Shown here piece by piece: positions 7,929 to 15,633 of a DNA stretch of 32,000 bases; position 1 is the stretch's first letter, and each line of letters starts with the position of its first letter. The position numbers and the translations under genes were made by a program. This DNA is from Sinorhizobium meliloti. Lineage in GTDB: Bacteria > Pseudomonadota > Alphaproteobacteria > Rhizobiales > Rhizobiaceae. The notes beneath the pieces were generated by a model, which was given only the letters and a program-made list of their open reading frames with translations, ran no database searches and was not told where the DNA came from. The stretch lies in assembly GCF_017876815.1 (NCBI RefSeq), contig NZ_JAGIOS010000001.1, forward strand, positions 1,740,001-1,772,000. Direction: 5' to 3'.

Positions 7929-8717
7929 ATGTATCGTGCGAGTTCGGGGTTGGGCGGGTTCGAAGACAGCAAAAGTGTATTACCGAAAAAAAGCAAAATA
8001 GTCATGCTAGCCAGGACGGACCTCTTCGCCGAGTGTCTGACCCAGGCGATCGGGGCGCGTTTTCAGGACCGGGAAGTGGTGCGGCTTTCGGACGCCGACA
8101 GCCTTCTGGACGGCAACCTCGTAGATGTGACGCTGGTCATGCTCTACCGCGTGCCGACGGCAAACTTTCCGTCGATCATCAGGATGATCCATGAGTTTCA
8201 TCCGAAAGCGGCGATCGGCCTGCTGGTCGACAACGCGGAAGGGCTCGACGCGTCGGTTTCGCACCTGGTCGAGGAGGGGATGATCCACGGTGTGTTGCCC
8301 CTGAATCTCCACCTCGATGTCTGCCTCACCGCCATAGACCTCCTGATGAAGGGCGGCGAACATTTTCCCGCCGCACTGCTCAGGCGCCTCGCGCCGAAGA
8401 ATCCTGGAGAGCGGGACCTCGCCACCCGGAACGAGACGGCTTCTGAAAATGTCGATCCGGAGCGCAGGAAAGGATTTGGCCAGGTCGTCCTTACGACACG
8501 CGAAATCCAGATTCTCGATCTCATCTGCATGGGCACGCAGAACAAGATCATCGCAGATCGCCTCGGACTGTCCGAAAACACCGTCAAGGTGCATGTGCGC
8601 AACATCTACAAGAAGATGAACGTGCGCAATCGCACCGAGGCGGCCTCGCGCTATTTCAGAAACGACGGAGGCATGGGCCCTTCCCTCACGCCCTCGCCGA
8701 CGCGCTGGCGCAACTGA
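7929..8717 (+). CDS. LuxR/FixJ-family transcriptional regulator with a degenerate receiver-like N-terminal domain, 262 aa
   Basis: C-terminal GerE/LuxR HTH (LTTREIQILDLICMGTQNKIIADRLGLSENTVKVHVRNIYKKMNVRNRTEA). The ATG at 7929 is preceded by GAGGAGGGG. Alternative ATGs are at 7881 and 8004. The N-terminal domain has a receiver-like beta-alpha pattern, but the positions expected for the acidic pocket (KIVMLARTDLF) and the phospho-Asp (VDVTLVMLYRVP) are not Asp. Confidence 0.8.
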   Translation: MYRASSGLGGFEDSKSVLPKKSKIVMLARTDLFAECLTQAIGARFQDREVVRLSDADSLLDGNLVDVTLVMLYRVPTANFPSIIRMIHEFHPKAAIGLLVDNAEGLDASVSHLVEEGMIHGVLPLNLHLDVCLTAIDLLMKGGEHFPAALLRRLAPKNPGERDLATRNETASENVDPERRKGFGQVVLTTREIQILDLICMGTQNKIIADRLGLSENTVKVHVRNIYKKMNVRNRTEAASRYFRNDGGMGPSLTPSPTRWRN

Positions 8718-8737
8718 CCGTTCGACCCTAAGACAAG

Positions 8738-8771
8738 GCTGCCGCGCGGCGTCTCTACGCCGCCCGGCAGC
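8738..8771. terminator. GC-rich hairpin between the convergent luxR-type and hpd genes (likely bidirectional terminator)
   Basis: GCTGCCGCGCGGCGT-CTCT-ACGCCGCCCGGCAGC forms a 15-bp stem with one mismatch and a 4-nt loop. It lies in the 89-nt gap between the stops at 8717 (+) and 8807 (-). Confidence 0.5.
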
Positions 8772-8806
8772 TCTATGTTTCCGGCCATACTGGACATCAG
8801 CAGCCG

Positions 8807-9919
8807 CTATTCCGCGGCCTCGTGGCCAAGGACGCCGCGCCGGATCTGGTCGGCTTCGATCGATTCGAACAATGCGCGGAAATTGCCTTCGCCGAAGCCC
8901 TCGTCGCCCTTGCGCTGGATGAATTCGAAGAAGATCGGACCGATCACCGTTCGCGAGAAGATCTGCAGCAGGATCTTCGTCATGCCGCCATTCACCACGC
9001 CCTCGCCGTCGATCAGGATGCCGTGTGTCCTCATCCGGTCGATCGGCTCGTCGTGTCCGTGAACGCGCTGATGGGACATTTCATAATAGGTTTCCGGTGG
9101 CCCCGGCATGAACTTCAGGCCGTTTTCGGCGAGTTTGTCGGTCGCATCGTAGATCGCCTCGGTACCGACGGCGATGTGCTGGATGCCTTCGCCTTTGTAC
9201 TTCTTCAGATACTCCTCGATCTGGCTCGTGTCGTCCTTCGATTCGTTCAGGGGAATGCGGATCTTGCCGCAGGGCGAGGTAATCGCCCGGCTGACGAGGC
9301 CGGTGATGCGGCCATCGATGTCGAAGAAATGGATCTGCTTGAAATTGAACAGTTCGCGATAGAAGGCCCACCACTTGTCCATGTTGCCGCGATAGACGTT
9401 GTGGGTCAGGTGGTCGAGATAGTAGAAGCCGACGCCGGGCGGCTTCGGATCACGCTCTCCCAGCCATTCGAACTCGGCGTCATAGGCCGATCCCTTTTCG
9501 CCGTAGGCTTCCACGAAATAGAGAAGCGAGCCGCCGATGCCGACGATCGCCGGCACGTCCAGGCACTTGTTGTTGCCGGTATAGGCTTCGGCGCCCTTGG
9601 CGACGGCGTGCTCGAAAGCATGCTTCGCGTCGACGACGCGCCAGGCCATCGACGGGGCGCAGGGCCCGTGCTCGCCGACGAAGCGCATGGCATGCGATCC
9701 GGCTTGCGCATTCAGGACATAGTTGATATCGCCCTGCCGCCAGACGGTGATGTCCTTGGTCTTGTGCCTGGCGATCGGCGTATAGCCCATACGGCCGAAG
9801 AGCTCCGCAAGCTTCTCCGGCTCCGGGTGGGCGAACTCCACAAACTCGAAACCGTCCGTCCCTGCGGGGTTCTCCGCCGAAATCGCGGGGGGCGGTGCGT
9901 CATGTGGGAACGGGCCCAT
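8807..9919 (-). CDS. hpd: 4-hydroxyphenylpyruvate dioxygenase, 370 aa
   Basis: The translation has the typical HPPD C-terminus (GILIDGE...ILLQIFS...GPIFFEFIQRKGDEGFGEGNFRALFESIEADQIRRG). The ATG at 9917-9919 has an AGGAGA RBS. I rejected the 53 extra residues of the track ORF. Confidence 0.93.
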   Translation of the reverse strand: MGPFPHDAPPPAISAENPAGTDGFEFVEFAHPEPEKLAELFGRMGYTPIARHKTKDITVWRQGDINYVLNAQAGSHAMRFVGEHGPCAPSMAWRVVDAKHAFEHAVAKGAEAYTGNNKCLDVPAIVGIGGSLLYFVEAYGEKGSAYDAEFEWLGERDPKPPGVGFYYLDHLTHNVYRGNMDKWWAFYRELFNFKQIHFFDIDGRITGLVSRAITSPCGKIRIPLNESKDDTSQIEEYLKKYKGEGIQHIAVGTEAIYDATDKLAENGLKFMPGPPETYYEMSHQRVHGHDEPIDRMRTHGILIDGEGVVNGGMTKILLQIFSRTVIGPIFFEFIQRKGDEGFGEGNFRALFESIEADQIRRGVLGHEAAE

Positions 9920-10049
9920 CGTCAGTCTCCTCTTATCCTCCAAACTCTGCTGGATTATGGCGCAGTTTCGATGCATGGTGCTTGTATTCTTGCGTGATTC
10001 AGCAGGATCGGCGCATGAATTGTGCAGAGAAGCGTTTGAGGGTGCATGA

Positions 10050-10529
10050 ATGGAGCTGCTTGACGGATTCGATCTCAAGATCCTGAGCGAACTGCAGCGC
10101 GACGGTCATCTGACCAACAACGAATTGTCCGAGCGCGTCGCGCTGTCTCCTTCGCAATGTTCGCGCCGGCGTACGCGCCTGGAGGCGGAAGGCTTCATCA
10201 CCGGCTACCAGGCGCAGATCGACCGTCAGAAGCTGGGGCTCGATCTGATGGTGGTGATTTCGGTCACGCTGGCCACGCACAATCGCGACAATGCCAAGCG
10301 TTTCGCCAATCTCGTTTCGGCTCTGCCGGAGGTGCTGGAGGCCTACGCGCTGACTGGTGAAATGGACTACCATCTGCGCGTCGTGACGCCGGATCTTGCC
10401 GGGCTCTCCCGCTTCGTCAACGAGGTGCTCCTGCCGCATGACAGCGTGCAGCACGTCAAGACATCGATCGTACTGGAGACGCTCAAGAGTTTCGAGGGGC
10501 TGCCGATACCGGCGCGGATGAAGGGGTAA
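10050..10529 (+). CDS. Lrp/AsnC-family transcriptional regulator, 159 aa
   Basis: MELLDGFDLKILSELQRDGHLTNNELSERVALSPSQCSRRRTRLEAEGFI is a classical Lrp/AsnC HTH, followed by a RAM-type C-terminal domain. The gene is divergent from hpd. A GAGGG RBS is present. Confidence 0.9.
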   Translation: MELLDGFDLKILSELQRDGHLTNNELSERVALSPSQCSRRRTRLEAEGFITGYQAQIDRQKLGLDLMVVISVTLATHNRDNAKRFANLVSALPEVLEAYALTGEMDYHLRVVTPDLAGLSRFVNEVLLPHDSVQHVKTSIVLETLKSFEGLPIPARMKG

Positions 10530-10551
10530 GCGCTAACCGTCCGCACCTTTG

Positions 10552-10998
10552 CTAGCGGTCATTGATCGCCCGCTCCACGGCGCCCAGGCCCTGCGAGAGC
10601 GCCTCCATATTCTCTGCCCCAAGCACGGAATGCAGCTCCGCCTGATAGTCGCTCGCAAGCTCGGTCAGCTCCCTATAGGCCTGCCGGCCCGCCGGCGTCA
10701 GCGCCAGATGCTCGAAACGGCGGTCCCGCCCGTCCTCCTCGCGCTTCAGCCAGCGGCGCTGCTCGAGGCTGAAGACCGCGCGGCTTACTTTCGTCTTGTG
10801 CATGGTGGAGTGCGCGCCGATTTCGGTTGCCGTCATGCTGCGGCGGGAGCTGCCGAGTGCCGCAAGCGTTCTCCATTCCGGGCGCGTCAGCTGGTATCGC
10901 GCTTTGTATTGTGCGGCAAAACGGAGGGCGACGAATTCCGCCGCCCGGTTCAGCCGATAGGGCAGGAAGTTCTCCAGTTCGAACCGCTCCTCGGCCAT
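10552..10998 (-). CDS. MarR-family transcriptional regulator, 148 aa
   Basis: Winged-helix MarR pattern (...TRPEWRTLAALGSSRRSMTATEIGAHSTMHKTKVSRAVFSLEQRRWLKREEDGRDRR...). ATG with an AAGGAAGGAAAG RBS. The gene is divergent from hmgA. Confidence 0.85.
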   Translation of the reverse strand: MAEERFELENFLPYRLNRAAEFVALRFAAQYKARYQLTRPEWRTLAALGSSRRSMTATEIGAHSTMHKTKVSRAVFSLEQRRWLKREEDGRDRRFEHLALTPAGRQAYRELTELASDYQAELHSVLGAENMEALSQGLGAVERAINDR

Positions 10999-11015
10999 GG
11001 CTTTCCTTCCTTGAT

Positions 11016-11046
11016 AGTTACAAAACTGACAGTTACGCTTGTAACT
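11016..11046. promoter_or_regulatory. candidate MarR operator in the marR-hmgA divergent promoter
   Basis: AGTTAC (11016-11021) is followed by the palindrome AGTTAC-GCTT-GTAACT (11031-11046), inside the 79-nt gap between the two start codons. Confidence 0.35.
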
Positions 11047-11077
11047 AATATAGCGAAGGAATGAGGAGGCTCAAGCC

Positions 11078-12439
11078 ATGTTGGAGAAGGCGGAAAAACA
11101 GCGGCGGGCAGGTTCGGGTCAGCAGCGCGCAGCCGGCTATATGCCTGGATTCGGCAACGACTTCGAGACGGAAAGCCTGCCCGGAGCGCTGCCGCAGGGG
11201 CAGAACAGCCCGCAGAAATGCAATTACGGCCTTTATGCCGAACAGCTTTCCGGCTCACCCTTTACGGCACCCCGCGGCACGAACGAGCGCTCCTGGCTCT
11301 ACCGGATCCGACCGAGCGTCCGCCACACCGGACGCTTCCGCAGGGTCGACTATCCGCATTGGAAGACAGCGCCGCATGTGGGCGAGCATTCCCTGGCGCT
11401 CGGGCAGTTGCGCTGGAGCCCTTTGCCGGCGCCCTCGGAAGCGCTGGACTTCCTTCAAGGCATCCGCACGATGACGACGGCGGGCGACGCGCTGACGCAA
11501 GCCGGCATGGCCGCGCATGCCTATGCCTTCAATGCCGACATGGTGGACGACTATTTCTTCAACGCCGACGGCGAGTTGCTGATCGTTCCCGAAACGGGCG
11601 CGATCCAGGTTTTCACCGAACTCGGCAGGATGGACGTGGAGCCGTCCGAAATCTGCCTCATACCGCGCGGCATGATGTTCAAGGTCACTCGCCTCGGAGA
11701 GGAGAAGGTCTGGCGCGGTTACATCTGCGAGAATTACGGCGCGAAGTTCACGCTCCCGGATCGCGGCCCGATCGGCGCCAATTGCCTTGCCAATCCGCGC
11801 GACTTCAAGACGCCGGTCGCCGCCTACGAGGACAAGGAAACGCCGTGCCGGGTACAGGTGAAGTGGTGCGGCTCGTTCCATATGGTCGAGATCGGCCATT
11901 CGCCGCTCGACGTCGTTGCCTGGCACGGCAATTACGCGCCCTACAAATACGACCTCAAGACCTTCTCGCCCGTCGGCGCGATCCTGTTCGACCATCCCGA
12001 TCCGTCGATCTTCACGGTGCTGACGGCGCCTTCGGGAGAGGAGGGGACGGCCAATGTCGACTTCGTCATATTCCCGCCCCGCTGGCTGGTCGCCGAACAT
12101 ACGTTCCGCCCTCCCTGGTATCACCGCAACATCATGAGCGAGTTCATGGGCCTGATCTACGGGCGCTACGATGCGAAGGAGGAAGGATTCGTTCCGGGCG
12201 GCATGAGCCTGCACAACATGATGCTGGCGCACGGGCCGGACTTCTCCGGGTTCGAGAAGGCTTCCAACGGCGAGCTGAAGCCGGTGAAGCTCGACAACAC
12301 CATGGCTTTCATGTTCGAGACCCGCTTCCCTCAGCAGCTGACGACGTTTGCCGCAGAGCTCGACACGCTGCAGGACGACTACATGGATTGCTGGTCCGGC
12401 CTCGAACGGAAATTCGACGGCACGCCTGGAATCAAGTGA
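11078..12439 (+). CDS. hmgA: homogentisate 1,2-dioxygenase, 453 aa
   Basis: Translation ([46 protein letters not shown]...[40 protein letters not shown]) is typical HmgA. The ATG at 11078 has a GAGGAGG RBS. Confidence 0.95.
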   Translation: MLEKAEKQRRAGSGQQRAAGYMPGFGNDFETESLPGALPQGQNSPQKCNYGLYAEQLSGSPFTAPRGTNERSWLYRIRPSVRHTGRFRRVDYPHWKTAPHVGEHSLALGQLRWSPLPAPSEALDFLQGIRTMTTAGDALTQAGMAAHAYAFNADMVDDYFFNADGELLIVPETGAIQVFTELGRMDVEPSEICLIPRGMMFKVTRLGEEKVWRGYICENYGAKFTLPDRGPIGANCLANPRDFKTPVAAYEDKETPCRVQVKWCGSFHMVEIGHSPLDVVAWHGNYAPYKYDLKTFSPVGAILFDHPDPSIFTVLTAPSGEEGTANVDFVIFPPRWLVAEHTFRPPWYHRNIMSEFMGLIYGRYDAKEEGFVPGGMSLHNMMLAHGPDFSGFEKASNGELKPVKLDNTMAFMFETRFPQQLTTFAAELDTLQDDYMDCWSGLERKFDGTPGIK

Positions 12440-12519
12440 CTTCCGCCGCCGAACCGTGACATGCTGCAAATATCCGCGCCACCCGGCGAGGATCAACAAC
12501 GCATCGGGAACACCACTCC

Positions 12520-13536
12520 ATGAAACTCGCGACGCTGAAAGATTCCACCCGCGACGGCAAGCTCGTCGTGGTCTCGAAAGACCTGACCCGCTGCTCCGAG
12601 GTGGGTCATATTGCCCGCACGCTGCAGGCTGCGCTCGACGACTGGGCGCATGCGGGTCCGCGGCTGGAGCGCGTCGCCGAGGGGATCGAGACCGGGGCGC
12701 AGCCGACCATGCGATTTCATGAGCACGACGCAGCCTCGCCGCTGCCGCGTGCCTTCCAGTGGGCGGACGGTTCGGCCTATGTCAATCATGTCGAGCTTGT
12801 CCGAAAGGCGCGCAATGCCGAGATGCCGGCAAGTTTCTGGACCGATCCGCTGATCTATCAGGGCGGTTCCGACAGTTTTCTCGGCCCACGCGATCCGATC
12901 CTGATGGCCGACGATGCCTGGGGCATCGATATGGAAGGCGAAGCCGCTGTCATCGTCGACGACGTGCCCATGGGTGCGACGCTCGATGAAGCAAAGGCCG
13001 CGATCCGCCTAGTCATGCTCGTCAACGACGTCTCCCTGCGGGGCCTCATTCCCGGAGAACTCGCCAAGGGCTTCGGCTTCTATCAATCGAAGCCGTCCTC
13101 CGCCTTCTCGCCGGTCGCGGTGACGCCGGAGGAACTCGGCGAAGCCTGGGATGGCGGGAAGCTGCATCTGCCGCTTCACGTCGATCTCAATGGCGAGCCC
13201 TTCGGGAGGGCCAATGCCGGTATCGACATGACCTTCGATTTTCCGCAGCTGATCGTGCACGCCGCGCGAACGAGGCCGCTTTCGGCCGGCACGATCATCG
13301 GCTCGGGCACCGTTTCCAACAAGCTCGAGGGCGGGCCGGGCAGGCCGGTTTCCGAAGGCGGGGCCGGCTATTCGTGCATCGCGGAATTGCGCATGATCGA
13401 GACGATTGAAGGCGGGGCGCCGAAAACGCAATTCCTGAAATTCGGCGATGTCGTCCGCATCGAGATGAAGGATCGCACCGGCCATTCGATTTTCGGCGCC
13501 ATCGAACAGAAGGTCGGAAAATACGAGCGCGGCTGA
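12520..13536 (+). CDS. fumarylacetoacetate hydrolase (FAH) family protein, 338 aa, probable fumarylacetoacetase of the homogentisate pathway
   Basis: FAH-fold C-terminal motifs are present (EGEAAVIVDD..., ...GTIIGSGTVSN...). Its position between hmgA and maiA supports the pathway role. Confidence 0.85.
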   Translation: MKLATLKDSTRDGKLVVVSKDLTRCSEVGHIARTLQAALDDWAHAGPRLERVAEGIETGAQPTMRFHEHDAASPLPRAFQWADGSAYVNHVELVRKARNAEMPASFWTDPLIYQGGSDSFLGPRDPILMADDAWGIDMEGEAAVIVDDVPMGATLDEAKAAIRLVMLVNDVSLRGLIPGELAKGFGFYQSKPSSAFSPVAVTPEELGEAWDGGKLHLPLHVDLNGEPFGRANAGIDMTFDFPQLIVHAARTRPLSAGTIIGSGTVSNKLEGGPGRPVSEGGAGYSCIAELRMIETIEGGAPKTQFLKFGDVVRIEMKDRTGHSIFGAIEQKVGKYERG

Positions 13537-13547
13537 GGCCGGGCAGG

Positions 13548-14201
13548 GTGGAGACGGGTGTGGCGAACGAAACCGTGCTTTACGACTATTGGCGCTCGTC
13601 GGCGAGCTACCGGGTGCGGATCGCCCTCAACCTGTGCGGCGAAGCCTATCGCTCCGTCCCGGTCGACCTGCTCGCAAAGGCTCATCGCGCGCCGGAGCAT
13701 CTCGCCCGGAATCCGCAGGGATTGGTGCCGGTGCTCGACATCGACGGCGAGCGCCTCACCCAGTCGCTCGCCATCATCGAATATCTTGCGGAGACGCGGG
13801 ATGGGACGGGTCTCCTCCCGGCCCATCCCATCGACCGGCAACGCGTCCGCGCGCTTTCCTATGCCGTGGCGATGGATATCCATCCCGTCTGCAATCTCGG
13901 CGTGGTCGCCCGTGTGATGGCGGGCGCGGGCGACGGCGAGGCCGCGCGGCGCGAGTGGATGCAGAAATTCATCGGCGAGGGTCTCGCTGCCTTCGAGCGT
14001 ATGCTGGACCACCCCGCGACCGGTGCATTCTGCCATGGCGATCGTCCGACGATGGCGGATCTCTGCCTTGTGCCCCAGGTCTACAATGCGCGGCGCTGGG
14101 ATGTCGATCTTGCGGCCTGCCCGCTTCTGGTCGCCATAGATCGCCGCTGCGCCGGCATCGACGCCTTCCAGAGGGCGCATCCCGACCGCGCAAAACCTTA
14201 G
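13548..14201 (+). CDS. maiA: maleylacetoacetate isomerase (zeta-class GST), about 217 aa
   Basis: LYDYWRSSASYRVRIALNL...NPQGLVPVLDIDGERLTQSLAIIEYL is the zeta-GST/MaiA signature. It starts at GTG 13548, with an alternative GTG at 13560. Confidence 0.9.
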   Translation: METGVANETVLYDYWRSSASYRVRIALNLCGEAYRSVPVDLLAKAHRAPEHLARNPQGLVPVLDIDGERLTQSLAIIEYLAETRDGTGLLPAHPIDRQRVRALSYAVAMDIHPVCNLGVVARVMAGAGDGEAARREWMQKFIGEGLAAFERMLDHPATGAFCHGDRPTMADLCLVPQVYNARRWDVDLAACPLLVAIDRRCAGIDAFQRAHPDRAKP

Positions 14202-14364
14202 ATCCCCGTCGGGATGCGATTTCGTCATTCCGGACCTCGTGTGGCCTGTTCCGCCAAGCCGATGTCGCGAATGGATCGGCGGGCCGCAGATCGCCAAGCT
14301 AGTTTTTGCGCGACTGCCCGTGTAAGGGGGCGCGTGGGAACACCTCAAAACGAGAGATTCATCG

Positions 14365-15249
14365 ATGAAGAGCTATGTGCTGACCGTCAGCTGCAAATCC
14401 ACCCGCGGCATCGTCGCCGCCATCACCGGCTATCTCGCCGAAAAGGGCTGCTATATCAGCGACAGCTCGCAGTTCGACGATTTCCAGACGGGCCTGTTCT
14501 TCATGCGCCTCACCTTCATCAGCCAGGATGGCGCCAAGCTCGAAGAGCTGCGCGAAGGCTTCGAGCCGGTGATCAAGCGCTTCGAGATGATGATGGAGAT
14601 CCGCGATTCCGAGGAGCGCATGAAGGTGCTGCTCATGGTGTCGCGCTTCGGCCATTGCCTGAACGATCTTCTCTATCGCTGGAAGATCGGGGCGCTGCCG
14701 ATCGACATCGTCGGCGTCGTTTCCAACCACTTCGACTACCAGAAGGTGGTCGTCAACCACGACATCCCCTTCCACCACATCAAGGTGACGAAGGAGAACA
14801 AGCCCAAGGCCGAAGCCCAGCTGATGGACGTCGTCGAGCAGACCGGCGCCGAACTGATCGTGCTGGCCCGCTACATGCAGGTGCTTTCGGACGCGCTCTG
14901 CAAGAAGATGTCGGGGAAGATCATCAACATCCACCACTCCTTCCTGCCGTCGTTCAAGGGGGCGAACCCCTACAAGCAGGCCTATGAGCGCGGCGTGAAG
15001 CTGATCGGCGCGACGGCGCATTACGTCACCGCCGATCTCGACGAAGGTCCGATCATCGAGCAGGATATCGCCCGCATCACCCATGCGCAGTCGGCCGAGG
15101 ATTATGTCTCGATCGGCCGCGACGTCGAAAGCCAGGTGCTGGCCCGCGCCGTGCACGCCCATATCCACCACCGCTGCTTCATCAACGGCAACCGCGTCGT
15201 CGTCTTCCCGCCGAGCCCGGGTTCCTACGCCTCGGAACGGATGGGGTGA
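14365..15249 (+). CDS. purU: formyltetrahydrofolate deformylase, 294 aa
   Basis: An N-terminal ACT domain (YVLTVSCKSTRGIVAAITGYLAEKGCYI) is followed by a formyltransferase core (VSNH...IINIHHSFLPSFKGANPYKQAYERGVKLIGATAHYVTADLDEGPIIEQD). Confidence 0.93.
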   Translation: MKSYVLTVSCKSTRGIVAAITGYLAEKGCYISDSSQFDDFQTGLFFMRLTFISQDGAKLEELREGFEPVIKRFEMMMEIRDSEERMKVLLMVSRFGHCLNDLLYRWKIGALPIDIVGVVSNHFDYQKVVVNHDIPFHHIKVTKENKPKAEAQLMDVVEQTGAELIVLARYMQVLSDALCKKMSGKIINIHHSFLPSFKGANPYKQAYERGVKLIGATAHYVTADLDEGPIIEQDIARITHAQSAEDYVSIGRDVESQVLARAVHAHIHHRCFINGNRVVVFPPSPGSYASERMG

Positions 15250-15284
15250 TCGTCAATCCTTGCCAACATTGGCATTACAGCGCC

Positions 15285-15304
15285 GCGCGTCTTATTAGAC
15301 GCGC
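15285..15304 (+). terminator. short perfect hairpin downstream of purU
   Basis: GCGCGTCT-TATT-AGACGCGC has an 8-bp stem and 4-nt loop, 36 nt after the purU stop. There is no U-tract, so terminator function is uncertain. Confidence 0.35.
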
Positions 15305-15327
15305 AAAGGTGGCTGTAGTACTTTGAT

Positions 15328-15381
15328 CTACTGCATGTTTTTGTCCTTTAATCGGACACTATCAAAGGAAACATGCAGTAG
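15328..15381. repeat. long imperfect palindrome (hairpin element)
   Basis: CTACTGCATGTTT (15328-15340) pairs with AAACATGCAGTAG (15369-15381). An inner TCCTTT/AAAGGA pair extends the stem. Confidence 0.5.
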
Positions 15382-15392
15382 CGGTCACCCAC

Positions 15393-15554
15393 CCCCTCAA
15401 CCGCCTGCCGGCACCTTCTCCCCGCAGGCGGGGAGAAGGGATATGCTGCGCCCGCTCGCTCCCTCGAACGGGGCGGTGAATGCGGGATTCAGTTGGCGCC
15501 GCTTGTCCCTTCTCCCCGCCTGCGGGGAGAAGGTGGCGGCAGCCGGTTGAGGGG
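15393..15554. repeat. palindromic intergenic mosaic element (RIME/REP-like), two inverted ~47-bp copies
   Basis: Copy A (15393-15439) is CCCCTCAACCGCCTGCCGGCACCTTCTCCCCGCAGGCGGGGAGAAGG. Copy B (15508-15554) is its reverse complement with a few mismatches. Each copy has an internal hairpin, CTTCTCCCCGC..GCGGGGAGAAG. The element lies between the convergent purU and lpdV genes. Confidence 0.7.
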
Positions 15555-15633
15555 CAATCCCGACCGAAGGAGGTTGAGGCGGTTGGGTTCCCGAGGGATG
15601 AAGCCGGCGCGCGGGAGGGGTTCGGGCGTCGCT

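Noticed and set aside
10530-10551. Terminator between the convergent Lrp-type and MarR-type genes
   Set aside because: Only 22 nt separate the stops and I saw no stable hairpin there. I noted it only as a tight convergent junction.
11218-12499. 413-aa (+) and 414-aa (-) ORFs overlapping hmgA
   Set aside because: They are alternate-frame and antisense ORFs with Arg/Pro/Gly-rich translations. The hmgA frame has clear family identity.
14202-14364. Riboswitch (for example ZTP/pfl) upstream of purU
   Set aside because: I saw no match to the conserved pfl-motif segments I remember, such as the CCGCCTGGGC-like 3' element. The region shows no strong conserved-looking structure.
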